Assembly (NCBI GenBank): GCA_043228905.1
Contig: JBHGNT010000007.1
Coordinates: 6,448,001-6,512,000, forward strand
Origin: Azolla caroliniana
Lineage: Eukaryota > Plantae > Polypodiophyta
DNA length: 64,000 bases
Direction: 5' to 3'
In this document: piece after piece, positions 14,400-26,951 of the stretch
Layout of the letters: each line of letters starts with the position of its first letter
Position numbering within the stretch: position 1 is the first letter of the stretch
Notes under the pieces: generated by a model
The model's input: only the letters and a program-made list of their open reading frames with translations
Told to the model about the DNA's origin: nothing
The model's database searches: none
Program-made: the position numbers and the translations under genes

Positions 14400-15300
14400 G
14401 CTTGAACGCACAAAAGTGGTCAGGTGATGAAATGCGCAAAAGTTATTCCCATTGTAGGATTGGAGATAACTTAGTTCATACCCTTTATTCCTTATGAAGT
14501 AGCCTACGCCCACTAACCTTAAGGTTAGAGAACCACAATTCATGATACTAATTATGAACAAAAATATAAAGGGTAAGCTTCAAATCTTTGTACGGAAGAA
14601 GCCTACAAAATGGGAACAATATTTCCCCTTATTACAACTTGTGTGTAATAGCTCTAAACATTCTTGAACCAAATATAGTCCTTTTTATATTGATGTATGG
14701 TTGGTTTGCTTCGATCACAAGCCTATATTGATGATAATTTCATCAAAACGAATTAAAAAATACACACATATTTCTTAAAGAATATGCAAGAAATGCTACA
14801 AATTGCATAAGATAATGCTATGACACTGAAGATAGAACTTGTTTTTATGTTGATCATAATATACATCCTCATGTTCTTGCCTTGGGCGAAAAAGTCTTCT
14901 TCTACTCCAAACTCCAAAAAATTAAATAGACGTAGTATTGCTAAATTGGCGGCACACTATTGGGGATCTTGCACTGTCTTACATCATATTGGTTCATCTG
15001 CCTATCATCTTGATCTTGTTGACGTTTGCCCTATTTCTCATAGTAAGTTGCTTGAAAGACCTTCCTGGTTATAATGACAACACAAATAATATATATCTAT
15101 TTAAAAATTTGGTAATTCACGAGGATATATCTCCTAAAGCCTCATTTGTAAAAAAAAGAAGGAATTCTCGGTGCTCAAACTAAGTATTTGAGATCTAAAC
15201 AAATATGAGAATTCAAAATTAAATGGTTGGATCGAAAAGTTGCCGCTTCGGAGGAGTACATTCTTAAAATCAAACTTCCCTAATTTTGATTTTGTCCTTA
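14400..15300 (+). mobile_element. Highly degenerate Ty3/gypsy integrase C-terminal remnant
   Basis: Fragments WEQYFPLLQLVCNSSKHS*TKYSPF and KLAAHYWGSCTVLHHIGSSAYHLDL resemble gypsy integrase and the GPY/F motif. Confidence 0.6.
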
Positions 15301-15744
15301 AATTTGTAAGGTTACAACTTACAAGATGTATTTTGGAAACATGGATCAATTCTAAAAGGCTAATAATTTCAATGATTTAATCATAGTACGTAATATACTC
15401 GAATGTATTGGTAACCATTCTTTTTTCACACGAATGAAAAACGAATGAGAATGTTATCAAAACATTCTTATGTTTTTTTATTACATTTTTTACCTTAAAT
15501 TTTTTTTTTAAATCTTATAATAAAATAATGAATACAAAAGTATGTATTAAATTACCATACTTCAAGGGTGTTTACCATACGCGGAGGATTGAAACATTCG
15601 CGAATGCGAATGCAAGTATGGTTCATAGTATGGATTCAATGACTCCCCCCTCCTCCATAAACAAGCCCAAAAAAAACAGAGCTTTCTGTGTTGGGCCTTC
15701 AGAGACAGAGACAGAGACAGAGAGACAGAGATGGAGAGACAGGG

Positions 15745-18471
15745 ATGGAGAGCCTGTGGAAAAATGAAATGCTCATAGATTGCTGTTCAACAATGGCCCC
15801 TTCCTTCTTCCCCTTCCGAAGCTCTGCCCCATCCCTCAAGGATTCCTTCACCCTCCTCAGAGATTGCATCAACGAGAAAGACATTCAGGCAGGGCGACTC
15901 TTACATTGCTCTTCCTTACTCCATGGCTCCCATCCGTCTCTTGCCCCTCCCTTTATCCATCTCTTCGCCCTCTGCGGAACCTTACTCGAGGTCAACATCG
16001 TTTTCTCTGCTTTCCCCACGCCTAACCATGACCTATGGCACGCTCTCCTCTCCTCATATCCCATTTGTGGTGAGCATAAACACGCACTCCTCTTATTCCA
16101 CAAGATGATGAAGGATGATCCTACCCCATGCAAGCCCATCCTCTTGCTTGCTCTCAGAACCTGCACTTCTCTTCGAGATCTCGATCAAGGACGACTCATT
16201 CACGATCATATCATCATGATGAATACAGATCTTGGTCGTGATGTTTATGTCGGCACCACTCTCATTGGTATGTATGCAAAATGTGGAGATTTAGACAAAG
16301 CATTCCGTGTGTTTGAGAATTTGGTCGACAGAAATGTGGTTTCGTGGAATGCAATGATTAGAGGTTGTTCGGATCAAGGGCATGATGGGACTGCTTTATC
16401 TTTGTATGTTAAAATGCATGAAAATGGCATCATTCCAAGCACTACCACGTTATCTATCATCCTGAAAGCATGTGGAAACTTAGTGGATAGTGTACACGGA
16501 CGAATGGTTCATAACTATATCATGAAGAGAGGAGTTGAATCGTATGCATACATTGTGAGCTCTTTGATTAACATGTATGTCAAATGTGGAAGACTAAAAG
16601 ATGCACGGGGAGTGTTTGATATGATGCAAGATAGGAATGTGGTTGCTTGGAATGCGATTATTGATGGCTATGCTCAATATGGGCATGGTATTTCATCCTT
16701 GGAGCTTTTTGAAGACATGATAGGAAAGGGTGTTGAACCTGATGAGATTACCTTTTCATCTGCTTTAAAAGCTTGTTGTAGTATCAATTCCACAATTAGT
16801 CTAGGCCATCTCATGCATGATGCGGTAATGAGACGTAAGTGTGAGACAGATGCTTTTGTTTGTAATGGACTTATCGAGATGTATGGGAAGAGTGGGAGCT
16901 TGAAGGAGGCACAAACCCTATTCAATAGACTTGTGAGACCAGATAGTGTTTCTTATGGAGGATTGATTGCTGGATATGTACAATGCGGTGAACATAGATG
17001 TGCCCTTTGTCTTTTTGAACACATGCAAGAAGAAGGGGATGACTTAATGCTTGAAAAACCTATTCTTTTCTGGATCTTGAAAGCATGTGCCGGGTTAAGA
17101 ACTCTTGAACTAGGTTTTCTTTTGCATGATAAGATGATTAAAGGCAACTTCACATCAGATTTGACACTTGGAATTGGTCTCGTTGAAATGTATGCAAAGT
17201 GTGGGAACCTCTGTGATGCCTGTATAGTGTTCCATAGCTTATCAACTCAAGAAACTATAACATGGAACATATTAATTGAAGGACACGTTCAGCATGGGCA
17301 TGAGATGGAAGCTCTTAAGCTCTTTGAGAAGATGCAACAGGAATGTGTTAAACCAGATGAGTTCACTCTCTCATGCATCTTGAATGCATGTGGCAATGCT
17401 AAATTGCTAAACCATGGAAGACTAATTCATAAAACATTTGGTGGGGAGTATGAATCTGATTCCGTAATTGGAAACTCGCTTATAGATATGTATAGCAGAT
17501 GTGGAGAGCTTAGAGAAGCAAGAACAGTGTTTGATGCTCTTGAACATCGCTCTATCGTATCCTGGGGTGCCATGATCGCTGGATACGCAGAGCATGGGAG
17601 TGATCTTTGTGCTCTAGAACTCTTTGACAAAATGCAAGATGAAATGGAGTTAAGTCCAGATAAAGATATTTACTTGTTTGCACTAAAAGCATGTGGTAGT
17701 GCACATGCTTTAGAGCAAGGTAGACTCATTCATGGTCATGTTGCTCTAAGAGCTTTTGACTCGGATGTAAGTGTTGGAAATGTTCTCGTTGAGATGTATA
17801 ATGTGTGTGGGAATCTTGAAGAATCGCTTCATGTTTTTGGCATGATGCCTGATAAAGATGTATCATCATGGGGTACATTAATATCGGGTTATGCTTTACA
17901 TGGTGACTTTAAGCTAGCTAAGAAATGCTTTCAAACAATGAGGAAGATGGGCATTCAGCCTGATCATAGCACATTTACTAGTGTTCTTGCAGCTTGTAAC
18001 CATTGTGGGTGTTTAAATGAAGGTTATGAGCTGTTTGAATGTCTGAGGCATGAGATGGGCTTGATCCCAAATGTGGAACATTTCAATTGCTTGATATACA
18101 TGCTAGCCATGACAGGACTTACGAATGAAGCGAAGGAATTGCTTCATACCATGCCAATAACACCTAATGTCACAGGGTGGGTGTCTTTGTTGTCTGGCTG
18201 TAAAACACATGGAACAAATAATCTTGGAAAGTTCTGCTTCGAGAAAACCACAAAGGTAGATGATTTTCAGAAATCTACTTTGTATTCTATGTCAAACATT
18301 CTTGTTGTGCCTGAGAATATATGTATGTTTAATGAAATGGAGAAACCATCTATTGTATCAAAGTGTGTTCAAGAATCCAAGCATATTTTGCAAGGTAAAT
18401 TAAAATTTTCTTTTGGTTATGCTGACATATATAGAGTTCATGGATCTTATTCTATGAATACAATAGATTGA
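15745..18471 (+). CDS. PLS-class PPR protein with E-type C-terminus (organellar RNA-editing specificity factor); no DYW domain
   Basis: Intronless ORF with many P/L/S repeats (LIGMYAKCGDLDKAFRVF, NVVSWNAMI, PDEITFSSALKAC) ending in EHFNCLIYMLAMTG..MPITPNVTGWVSLLSGCKTHG. First in-frame ATG is at 15745. Confidence 0.93.
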   Translation: MESLWKNEMLIDCCSTMAPSFFPFRSSAPSLKDSFTLLRDCINEKDIQAGRLLHCSSLLHGSHPSLAPPFIHLFALCGTLLEVNIVFSAFPTPNHDLWHALLSSYPICGEHKHALLLFHKMMKDDPTPCKPILLLALRTCTSLRDLDQGRLIHDHIIMMNTDLGRDVYVGTTLIGMYAKCGDLDKAFRVFENLVDRNVVSWNAMIRGCSDQGHDGTALSLYVKMHENGIIPSTTTLSIILKACGNLVDSVHGRMVHNYIMKRGVESYAYIVSSLINMYVKCGRLKDARGVFDMMQDRNVVAWNAIIDGYAQYGHGISSLELFEDMIGKGVEPDEITFSSALKACCSINSTISLGHLMHDAVMRRKCETDAFVCNGLIEMYGKSGSLKEAQTLFNRLVRPDSVSYGGLIAGYVQCGEHRCALCLFEHMQEEGDDLMLEKPILFWILKACAGLRTLELGFLLHDKMIKGNFTSDLTLGIGLVEMYAKCGNLCDACIVFHSLSTQETITWNILIEGHVQHGHEMEALKLFEKMQQECVKPDEFTLSCILNACGNAKLLNHGRLIHKTFGGEYESDSVIGNSLIDMYSRCGELREARTVFDALEHRSIVSWGAMIAGYAEHGSDLCALELFDKMQDEMELSPDKDIYLFALKACGSAHALEQGRLIHGHVALRAFDSDVSVGNVLVEMYNVCGNLEESLHVFGMMPDKDVSSWGTLISGYALHGDFKLAKKCFQTMRKMGIQPDHSTFTSVLAACNHCGCLNEGYELFECLRHEMGLIPNVEHFNCLIYMLAMTGLTNEAKELLHTMPITPNVTGWVSLLSGCKTHGTNNLGKFCFEKTTKVDDFQKSTLYSMSNILVVPENICMFNEMEKPSIVSKCVQESKHILQGKLKFSFGYADIYRVHGSYSMNTID

Positions 18472-20743
18472 GCAGGGCAAACTCACATGTGTCACAAATA
18501 CATTACATCTTTATATTGTGAATTTCCTAGGACACAATAAATGTAGTCTGTATAAGAAGCCAAAACACAAACCAATCAACAAATAACACGAAATAATCTT
18601 TAAAAATTCTAAATGTATCTAGTAGAAGCGATGATTACAGCATATTCTACACAAGTTGATCATAAGTATGGTTTCTAGCTAAAAACATCAAATGGATGGG
18701 CATTCCGAAATTGTGTCCCTTGGTTCAACTTGTAATAATAAATTGGGTGAATGACCAAAATGCCATTCTAGTTTCCTAGAATTCTTGGAATGGTAGTCAC
18801 ATTTTGATAAATCCCCAACATTTCAATAAGATTCAAATCTCTAGGATTATAACTAACAAAAAAAGAGGTTAATTAAGTATATGATATTAATTCATTGTCG
18901 AAAACGTGAATCTTAACCTTTAGTTGCTCATTAAATCTTGACAATGATATAATTGTTACAATTTCCAAAAGTGGTGTTTTCATAAATTGGCCATTAAAAT
19001 TATAAACAAATCTTAGCTTGAGGCATTTTGATAATTGGCCAAAAAAATGTCATGGCATTTTTAAATTTGTATTCGAACAAGTCAAGTTCAACAAGTCAAG
19101 TTCATATTCAAACCAAATGTTCTTGTGCAAAAGCTTTTAACATTAAGGTTGCATGTTATTTCCATGTTTACATTGTAAATAACATTTGCATTTGGGAATT
19201 TTGGTCTTCAAACCCTCACTTTCAATATAGCATGGCCAAATATAGCATTGTAATAACATAAGGGACATTGTCATTCTCTATGCGAACTGAAGCCACGTGC
19301 GTATAACATCGATGACTACGGGATGCCAGGCCCTGTTAGAGATTTATTCTAATAGAAGCATAAAATAATGAAATAAATAAGATAATCAAGAGACAAAGAG
19401 AGAAAGATGGGTGTCAATCCACCTGAGCACCCTCAAGCAAAGGGATCGAGATGGACTTGAGCCTTGACTGATGTCCCATACCCATACTTGGTACTATTGT
19501 GCGATCACCACAAGAGTGTGTTCACCACATAATCATAGTCCTGACATGGTAAAAAACGTGTCTAATTAGGATAGGTAGGCCTCATATTTATAGCTAGACC
19601 CAAGGCCCCTAGGCAAGCTCACACTTGGCCTCTGAGGGTTGTTTCAATCTTGAGATTAAAAGCAATCCTACCTTCTTTACATTCTCGATTAACCCTCACG
19701 CTCTTATCTTCATGCGTAGAAAACTATAGTACTACCATATGATAAGTTATGGTCAAGCATGTAACAACCTGAGTAGAGTTTCGAAGAGAGCTAATGTTCA
19801 TTGGTTGGTTGGTGCCCTTCCACACTCACACCTATACACATGCTCATGTCTATTATGCAACAAATCATAAATAGGGATGGCAAGGGAATCGAGGCCACAG
19901 ATGGTGCAGGTCGCTCAATTGATGGCGCGGGTGATCTGCACTGTCCGATTTGGATAAGAAACAACACACGAAAAAAAAGCTATTAGAGGTCGCACAACTC
20001 TGAGACATCGATCGCCCAACCTTGTCAATAGACGCCCAACCTTAACCCATTGCAGGTCACCCAACCACCCATTTAACAAGTGCAAGGTTCAAATCTTTTT
20101 TCCTCTCTTAGTGAGAAGAGAGTTTATTTTGCTTATTGGTCAATTTTGGGATCATTTAGGTTTTCTTCTTCTTCAACTTCTTTCTTTTTTAGGGTTTCAA
20201 CATTTGGTTTTGGGATTTTAGCAACTAGCAATTGATTCTTGCATGTATATTAATGTATTCCTCCCATCAACAAGGAGATTAATATATATTTTTTTTCCAA
20301 AAAAGATTAATATATGATTGATTCATGTAAATAATCGGTGGTGATTCTTGACAACGGAATAGACTAGAGATATGTGTTGTGAGTGTGTGTTTGTGTATGA
20401 GAGAGAGAAACACAAGATAGATAGATTTGAAACAAGAATAGAATACTCAAGAGAATGTATATTACAAAGGAGATTAACCGAACATCTTACAAAGTAGGAG
20501 GAGAGTGCTTTATATAATCACTCTCTCTCTTCATTAACTACTAAAGCTCATGGGTCATGGGGAATGTGAAAGCTCATTAGTTATGTGTCATAGAATATGA
20601 TTCTATAACACATAGTTAATGTGTGGATAAGAGTGGTGACTTTTGACCTTTGAGTGCACACTCTCAAGGGTGTGTTCACACACTAGACTAGGTTGAGCTT
20701 GATTCTCAACATGCCCCCTCAATCTCAACTTTGGTCAGCTACT

Positions 20744-23700
20744 TCAGTTGATGTTGTCCGCTTCGGATGGTATCCGGTACATCCGGCTCGTACTCTCCCT
20801 CAACCTTGGCATGTCAAGGACCGTCAACCCAAGGTCTGACAGGAATTGCCGAAGCTTGTCGGCTCCTAGGGCTTTGGTGAAGATGTCAGTTGTCTGAAGA
20901 TTCGTAGACATATGTTGAAGGTCGACATCGCCAACCTGAACACGCTCTCGAATGAAGTGATAGTGCACTTCGATATGCTTCGTGCGTGCATGGAACACCG
21001 GGTTCCGAGCCAGATAAATACTGCTCATGTTGTCACAGTAAAGGAGAATCAGATCTTTGATGGGAATGCCCAGATCCTTTAATATCCTCTTGAGCCATAC
21101 AGCTTCACATGCAGCCACCGCCGCACCCCTGTATTCGACCTCTGTGCTCGAAAGAGCGACTGTTGGTTGCTTCTTGCTACTCCAGGAGATGGCCCCACTT
21201 TCGAGGAAGACGACAAAACTAGAGGTTAATCATTGGTCGACTTTGTAGCCTGCCCAGTCGGCATCTATGTACCCCTCGAGTTGAATTGGCGTGGCCGATT
21301 TATAGAGAATGCCATAGTCCATCGTTCCGCTCACGTATCGTAGTAGTCTCTTAGCAAAATCCAAATGGATATCTCGTGGCGTTTGCATGAACTGGCTAAG
21401 AAGGCCGACCGAGGTCAGGTCGAGTGATCGTGAGGTAGATAAGACTACCGATCAATTGTCGATACTGAGTCGGCTCACACTCTGTGGTGACAGAATTGGC
21501 ATCTAGTTTGAGGTTTCGGTCGAGAGGTGTTGCCACAGACTTGCACTCAGTCATCCCGAACTTGTATAACAAGTTGAGAATGTAGTGCCATTGGGAGATC
21601 ATAATCCCAGCTGAAGTCCGAATTACCTCGATGCCAAGGAAGTAGTGGAGCTCTTTCATGTCCGTCATCTCGAATTTGTTGGAAAGGATGGATTTGACCT
21701 TGTTGATGTCGATTAGATGCTCACCTCCAATGACCAGATCATCCACGTACAGGATGATGACGATAAGACTTTCGGAATTGCTTCTTACATAGAGAGAATT
21801 GTCGGATTTTGACATTCGAAAGCCGATTCGATGAAGATATTGTGTTATCTTTGAGTGCCAAGCACGTGGTGCTTACTTAAGGCCGTAGAGAGGCTTCTTC
21901 AGTCGGCAGATGGCTTTCGGATGAATGTTGTATTCGAAGCGGGGTGGTTGTACCATGTACACCTCCTCTTCTAATTCGCCTTGAAGAAAAGCGTTCTTGA
22001 CATCCATCTGGTGGAGGTGCCACCCTTTTGCTGCTGCAAGTGCTATCACGGTTCGCAAGGTTGTCATCTTTGTCACTGGGGCAAAGGTCTCTTCATAGTT
22101 GACGCCATGTGTTTGTGCATAGCCCTTCACTACGAGTCGAGCTTTGTAGCGGTTGATGGAACCGTCAGCATTATACTTCACTTTGTATATCCATTTGCAA
22201 CCGATTGCCTTCTTGTGCGGTGAGTGAGGGACGAGATCCCATGTCTCATTCTTGCTGAGAGCTTGCATCTCCTCGTTCATCGCTTCGACCCATAGAGGAT
22301 CTTTAGCAGCTTCGGCAACGCTCTCCGGTTCTCGAACTACTGACACCTTCATCATAAAGGCATAGTGGTATGCCATATAGTCATTGTAGCCAAATCGGCT
22401 AACCGGATTCTTCTCTCGGGTGGAGTGATGGAGATTCTCATTTGCCGATGTGAGTGCTTTCTCAACTCCGGGTGACCTCATAAGAGGCACATCAAAGCCA
22501 TCGAACTCACTATCGAGTGAATGAGTTGATTCGTTGCCATCGAAGTGTTCATCTTCATATTCCGACATTTTGGCCTTCCCTTTGTCCATCTTTGGACTTG
22601 GCCAAGATGAGCTTTGGTTGCTTGGAGGCTCTTGTGGTCCACTCAATCTAGTTGAGATCGGATTCTCTTCGAGTATTGACCTTAGTTGATCATCGTCTTC
22701 TGTGTTGTCGAGGTCGTTCGTAGATGGTTCGGGAGGAGTCGGCTCGGGTTTGTACCATGATGTCAATTCGTCAAAGATGACATCCCGACTTACACGAGTC
22801 TTCCGAGTAGAGGGGTTGAAGCACTTGTACCCCTTTTGCTCCTGTGAGTACCCCATGAGGATGCACTTCTTTGATTTTGGGTCAAGCTTCTGCCGCTTCT
22901 CATCGGGAATGTGCACGTATGCAATGTAGCCGAATATCCTTACATGGGATAGATTTGGCTTCTTCCCATAGTATTTCTCGTGCGGGGTGACCTCGTGCAC
23001 TCCGGATGTTGTGCACCGGTTCATGAGGTAGACGGCGGTATTTGCAGCTTCTGCCCAATATGACTTGGGCATATGCTTCTCATTTAGCATGACCCTTGCT
23101 ACTTCGAGGATGTGCCGAATCTTGCGTTTGGCTACACCGTTCTGTTGTGGTGAGTGTCGGCAAGTGAATTCTCGTCGAATTCCTTCTTGTCGAAGGTATG
23201 CCGTGAACGCATCGGAGAAGTATTCCTTTCCTCCGTCTGACCGAAGACATCGTACATGACGCCCAGTTGTCTTTTCGACTTCGCTTTTGAATTTTTGGAA
23301 ATGTGTAAACACTTCACTCTTCATCCTCATGGGAAAGATCCATGTGTATCTAGAGAAGTCATCGATGAAGGTAACATAGTACCGACATCCTCCAAACGTA
23401 GCCGTCTGTGCCGGTCCCCACACATCCGAGTGGACTACGTCCAATAGGCCTTTGCTCACGTTCCTCTCCTTCGGGAATGGGTGTTGATGTTGCTTGCCGA
23501 ATTGGCATGGTTCACATACTCCTTCAATCTCTTTCTCTTTGAAGGTCGGGAGCCCAATGACGACTCCTTTTGATTGCATCGCCTTGAGTTTGTTGAGATT
23601 GATATGGCCGATTCTTTTATGCCATAGCTCTATGTCGGTGTTGTGTTTGAGGCCCTTTGCAAACATGTCCGATTTTACCTCGTTCGCTTCGAGGATAAAC

Positions 23701-25013
23701 ATTCGGCCTTCCCTTCGACCACGAGCAATTAGTCAGCCTTCCTTCTTGATGAAGCAACCTCCTTGGTTGAATCAAACTTGCATCCCTTGCTCCACAAATT
23801 GGCTGATCAAGACCAAATTCTTCGTTATGGTGCGTACATGTAAGACATTTTTTATGCAAGTTTGTTCACCTTCTTTCCCGAATGGGACATTGCCGACATG
23901 CCGAATCAGATGAGTGGTGTCGTCTCCGGTCTCAACATAACTGGGTCGATCCAGCTCTCGGAGGTCTTTGAACCATTCTTGATGGGACGTCATATGGTTC
24001 GAAGCACTGGAGTCGACGAACCATACATCTTCCGGATTGGAGGCATTAGTCGAAGTAGAGGCCGACATAGGATTTGCTCTATGTCTCATTATAAACATTC
24101 CGCCATGATCTTCATAGTCGGAGTTGGTGGTGTAATTGGTGAGTTGTCGGCTTGTGGAAGCTGACTCATGCTTCTTCTTTCAACACTCTTCTTCATGGTG
24201 GCTGATTTTTCCGCAATAACCGCATTCGATCGAGTTTTGTCGACTCGGAATGGAAGCTCCCCCTTCTTCCGAAGGTTCCTCGATGGCTTTCATTTTGTTG
24301 CCGAATTTGGGAGTTGTTGTCGTAAGTCGAACCTCGTCCGCCGCCTCGTCCTTGGCCGAATCGGCCTCTTGCTCGGCCGCGTCCTCTTCCTCATTTGAAT
24401 GCGTGTAGAGCATGTGGCCTTCCGAGGCGTTGCTCCTTGTTCGAACATGATTCTCTTCGACCAATAACATAGATTGAAGATCAAAGAAAGAGGGAGGATT
24501 CTCCCTTGCTAGGACGACGGTTCTCATCGAGCCGAACCGTGGTGCAAGGCCGCCGAGGCATATTTGCACAATCTCATCATCATCCACATTGACGCTTATT
24601 GAGCCGAGCAAGTCACAAAGCTCCTTGATCCTCAAGGTGTAGCTTGTGATGGACATGTCCCGTTGTTGGATGTTGTTCAACTCTTGGCGGAGTTGAAGCT
24701 TCCTCGCGGTCATGTTGGCGGTGAAAATCTTTCGTAGATTTTCCCACGCTTCCTTCGGCGTCTTGGCTTCTCGAATGTAACTGAGCATGTGGTCGTGAAC
24801 ACATGTCTCCAAGCAATACATTACTCGACTCACCGCTTGCTCCCATGTTGAGTAGTGGGCGTCTTTCGGGTTGGGTCGGTTTTCTTGTGCTCCCTTGATG
24901 TAACCCCAATAGCCTTGGCCGACAAGGTATTGGTGCATCTTGTACTCCCAAGATGCGAAGTTGTTTCGGTCCAACTTCTCGCTAGGGAGAGCGCTCCCCA
25001 TTTGAGTATTCAT
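20744..25013 (-). pseudogene. Copia gag-pol with frameshifts and stops
   Basis: gag (KLDRNNFASWEYKM, zinc knuckle CGYCGKISHHEEEC), protease (WFVDSSASNHM), integrase (VHSDVWGP, LRSDGGKEY), RT (QMDVKNAFL, LYVDDL), RNase H (RTKHIEVHYHFIRE). Confidence 0.95.
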
Positions 25014-25755
25014 GGTGTTCGATGTAGATTTCTTCCTTCTTCTTCTCTCTTGAATACAAGCTATGTAGTCACACTATGATAGCGATGAACCGGTTCTTCT
25101 TGAACGTCGGCGTAGAGCTCAACACACGCGGATGGGCTAGATGGAGCTACTAAACCGTTTTGATACCATGTAAATAATCAGTGGTGATTCTTGACAGCGG
25201 AATAGACGAGAGATATGTGTTGTGAGTGTGTGTGTGTATGAGAGAGAGAGAGAGAGAAACACAAGATAGATAGATTTGAAACAAGAATAGAATACTCAAG
25301 AGAATGTATATTACAAAGGAGATTAACCAAACATCTTACAAAGTAGGAGGAGAGTGCTTTATATAGTCACTCTCTCTCTTCATTAACTATTGAAGCTCAT
25401 GGGTCATGGGGAATGTGAAAGCTCATTAAACACCGGGTCATTTGAAACAGGTAATATGTCGCATTATGAGAACACTACGTCCAAAAAGGGCACAAAAGCA
25501 CACAGTTTTAAAAAAGACACGACGCATGCGTAAAGCTTTTCAGAAAAGGTGGCAAAATATATTGAATTTCAACATGACTACCACTTTGAGTCATAAGTAA
25601 AATGCCTCCAAAAATACATCACCAAAATTACAAAATAATGTACAACATGTCTACCAGTTACAATTATACATATTCGTGAGTTTACATCCAAAACAAATTT
25701 ACAAAGTTTCCGATCATGTAGTAAAACAATCCCCAGCTTGAACCAAACCAATATA

Positions 25756-25903
25756 TTAAGACATGTCTGATGGACTAGAAGAGCCTTCTGACGTCTCATC
25801 CTCATCATCAGTGGCAATCAAAGCATTATCCTCATCCAATTCCAACCCAACATCTTTGTGGTTATGAGAATTGCTTCTGGTTATTCTCTGTATTTCGTTT
25901 GAC
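25756..25903 (-). pseudogene. Displaced C-terminus of the outer transposase
   Basis: Joins in frame across TSD TGAC to 35311+: ...KIPNMVS|NEIQRITRSNSHNHKDVGLELDEDNALIATDDEDE...*. This matches the inner transposase tail RQTRSATYNLESNHLVYDEDNALIGTSEDDEE. Confidence 0.9.
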
Positions 25904-26951
25904 AACACGTTCGCGTTCACAAGTGGAAGGATTGCGCATTCCACTTGTAGAATCTTCTTAAAACGAAGCAAATACACCCTCTCTACAATAATTGGATGCA
26001 CTAGTATCACATGTTCCTCAACTTGATGAGAATTTGCAAATATAAAAATACATGATAGATCTACGAGTGGAGATCATTAGAAATCATGCAAGTTTAGACA
26101 TGTTGATAAGTTAATGTAGGCATAATAAAGTTCAACTATGGCTCAATATGGCACTATTGTGCGACAAGGGAAACACTAACTTAAAGACTTATATTAATTA
26201 GGTAGGTTTTACAAAAATATGAGGTGTACTTGTATCCATACTAATAAAATGAGATATAATTTATACTTTGACCCATACGTGCATGTATGTAATTGTGGAA
26301 AATGTAGGATAGTGCACATTAGGATAAGTGATTGGAATAACTAACTTATTAAAGTATTCAATACTTGTATTTAAAGTTGATCTAATCTATTCCTCAGTTT
26401 GTTCATATGGGATCAAACCATATGTGTATATAATTGTGCACAATGTAAGGCAGTGAACTTTAGGATAATGTCGTGGAAATAACAAACCTATTAGGCTTTC
26501 ATACCTGTATTTAAAATTGATCTACTCTATTGCTTAGGTGATTCACACAAGATCAAACTCCGAACGATAACGCAACTGGAACCATTATCAACACACTACA
26601 CAATCTAAGCAGCAATGGAATAGAAACATAATAGTTTTAACAATAGAAGACAAAGATCCATAATAACAACATGGACAGTCATGGCAACAATTATAGGGTC
26701 ATGTTCTGTTAAGGTTAGCTTGGACCAAAATCAGCCTCCATTTAAACTAGTTCATGTTTCTCCATAAGTTTGGTAGTCAGCTATGCACGCGGTGAAACCA
26801 ATGTCATAAATCTACTAATCAAGTATATAAAAATAAAATTGAAACATATAGAAGATTATAAAGAATAGAATCCACTAGGTAAAACCCAAAATTTGTATTA
26901 ATAATGTGAAATCTTAACAAATCGTCAGTGTCATATTCTTTATAGAGTCTA

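Noticed and set aside
19334-19766. Possible solo LTR (TGTTAGA...TGTAACA)
   Set aside because: No matching 5-bp TSD was found in the flanks, so it is not supported.
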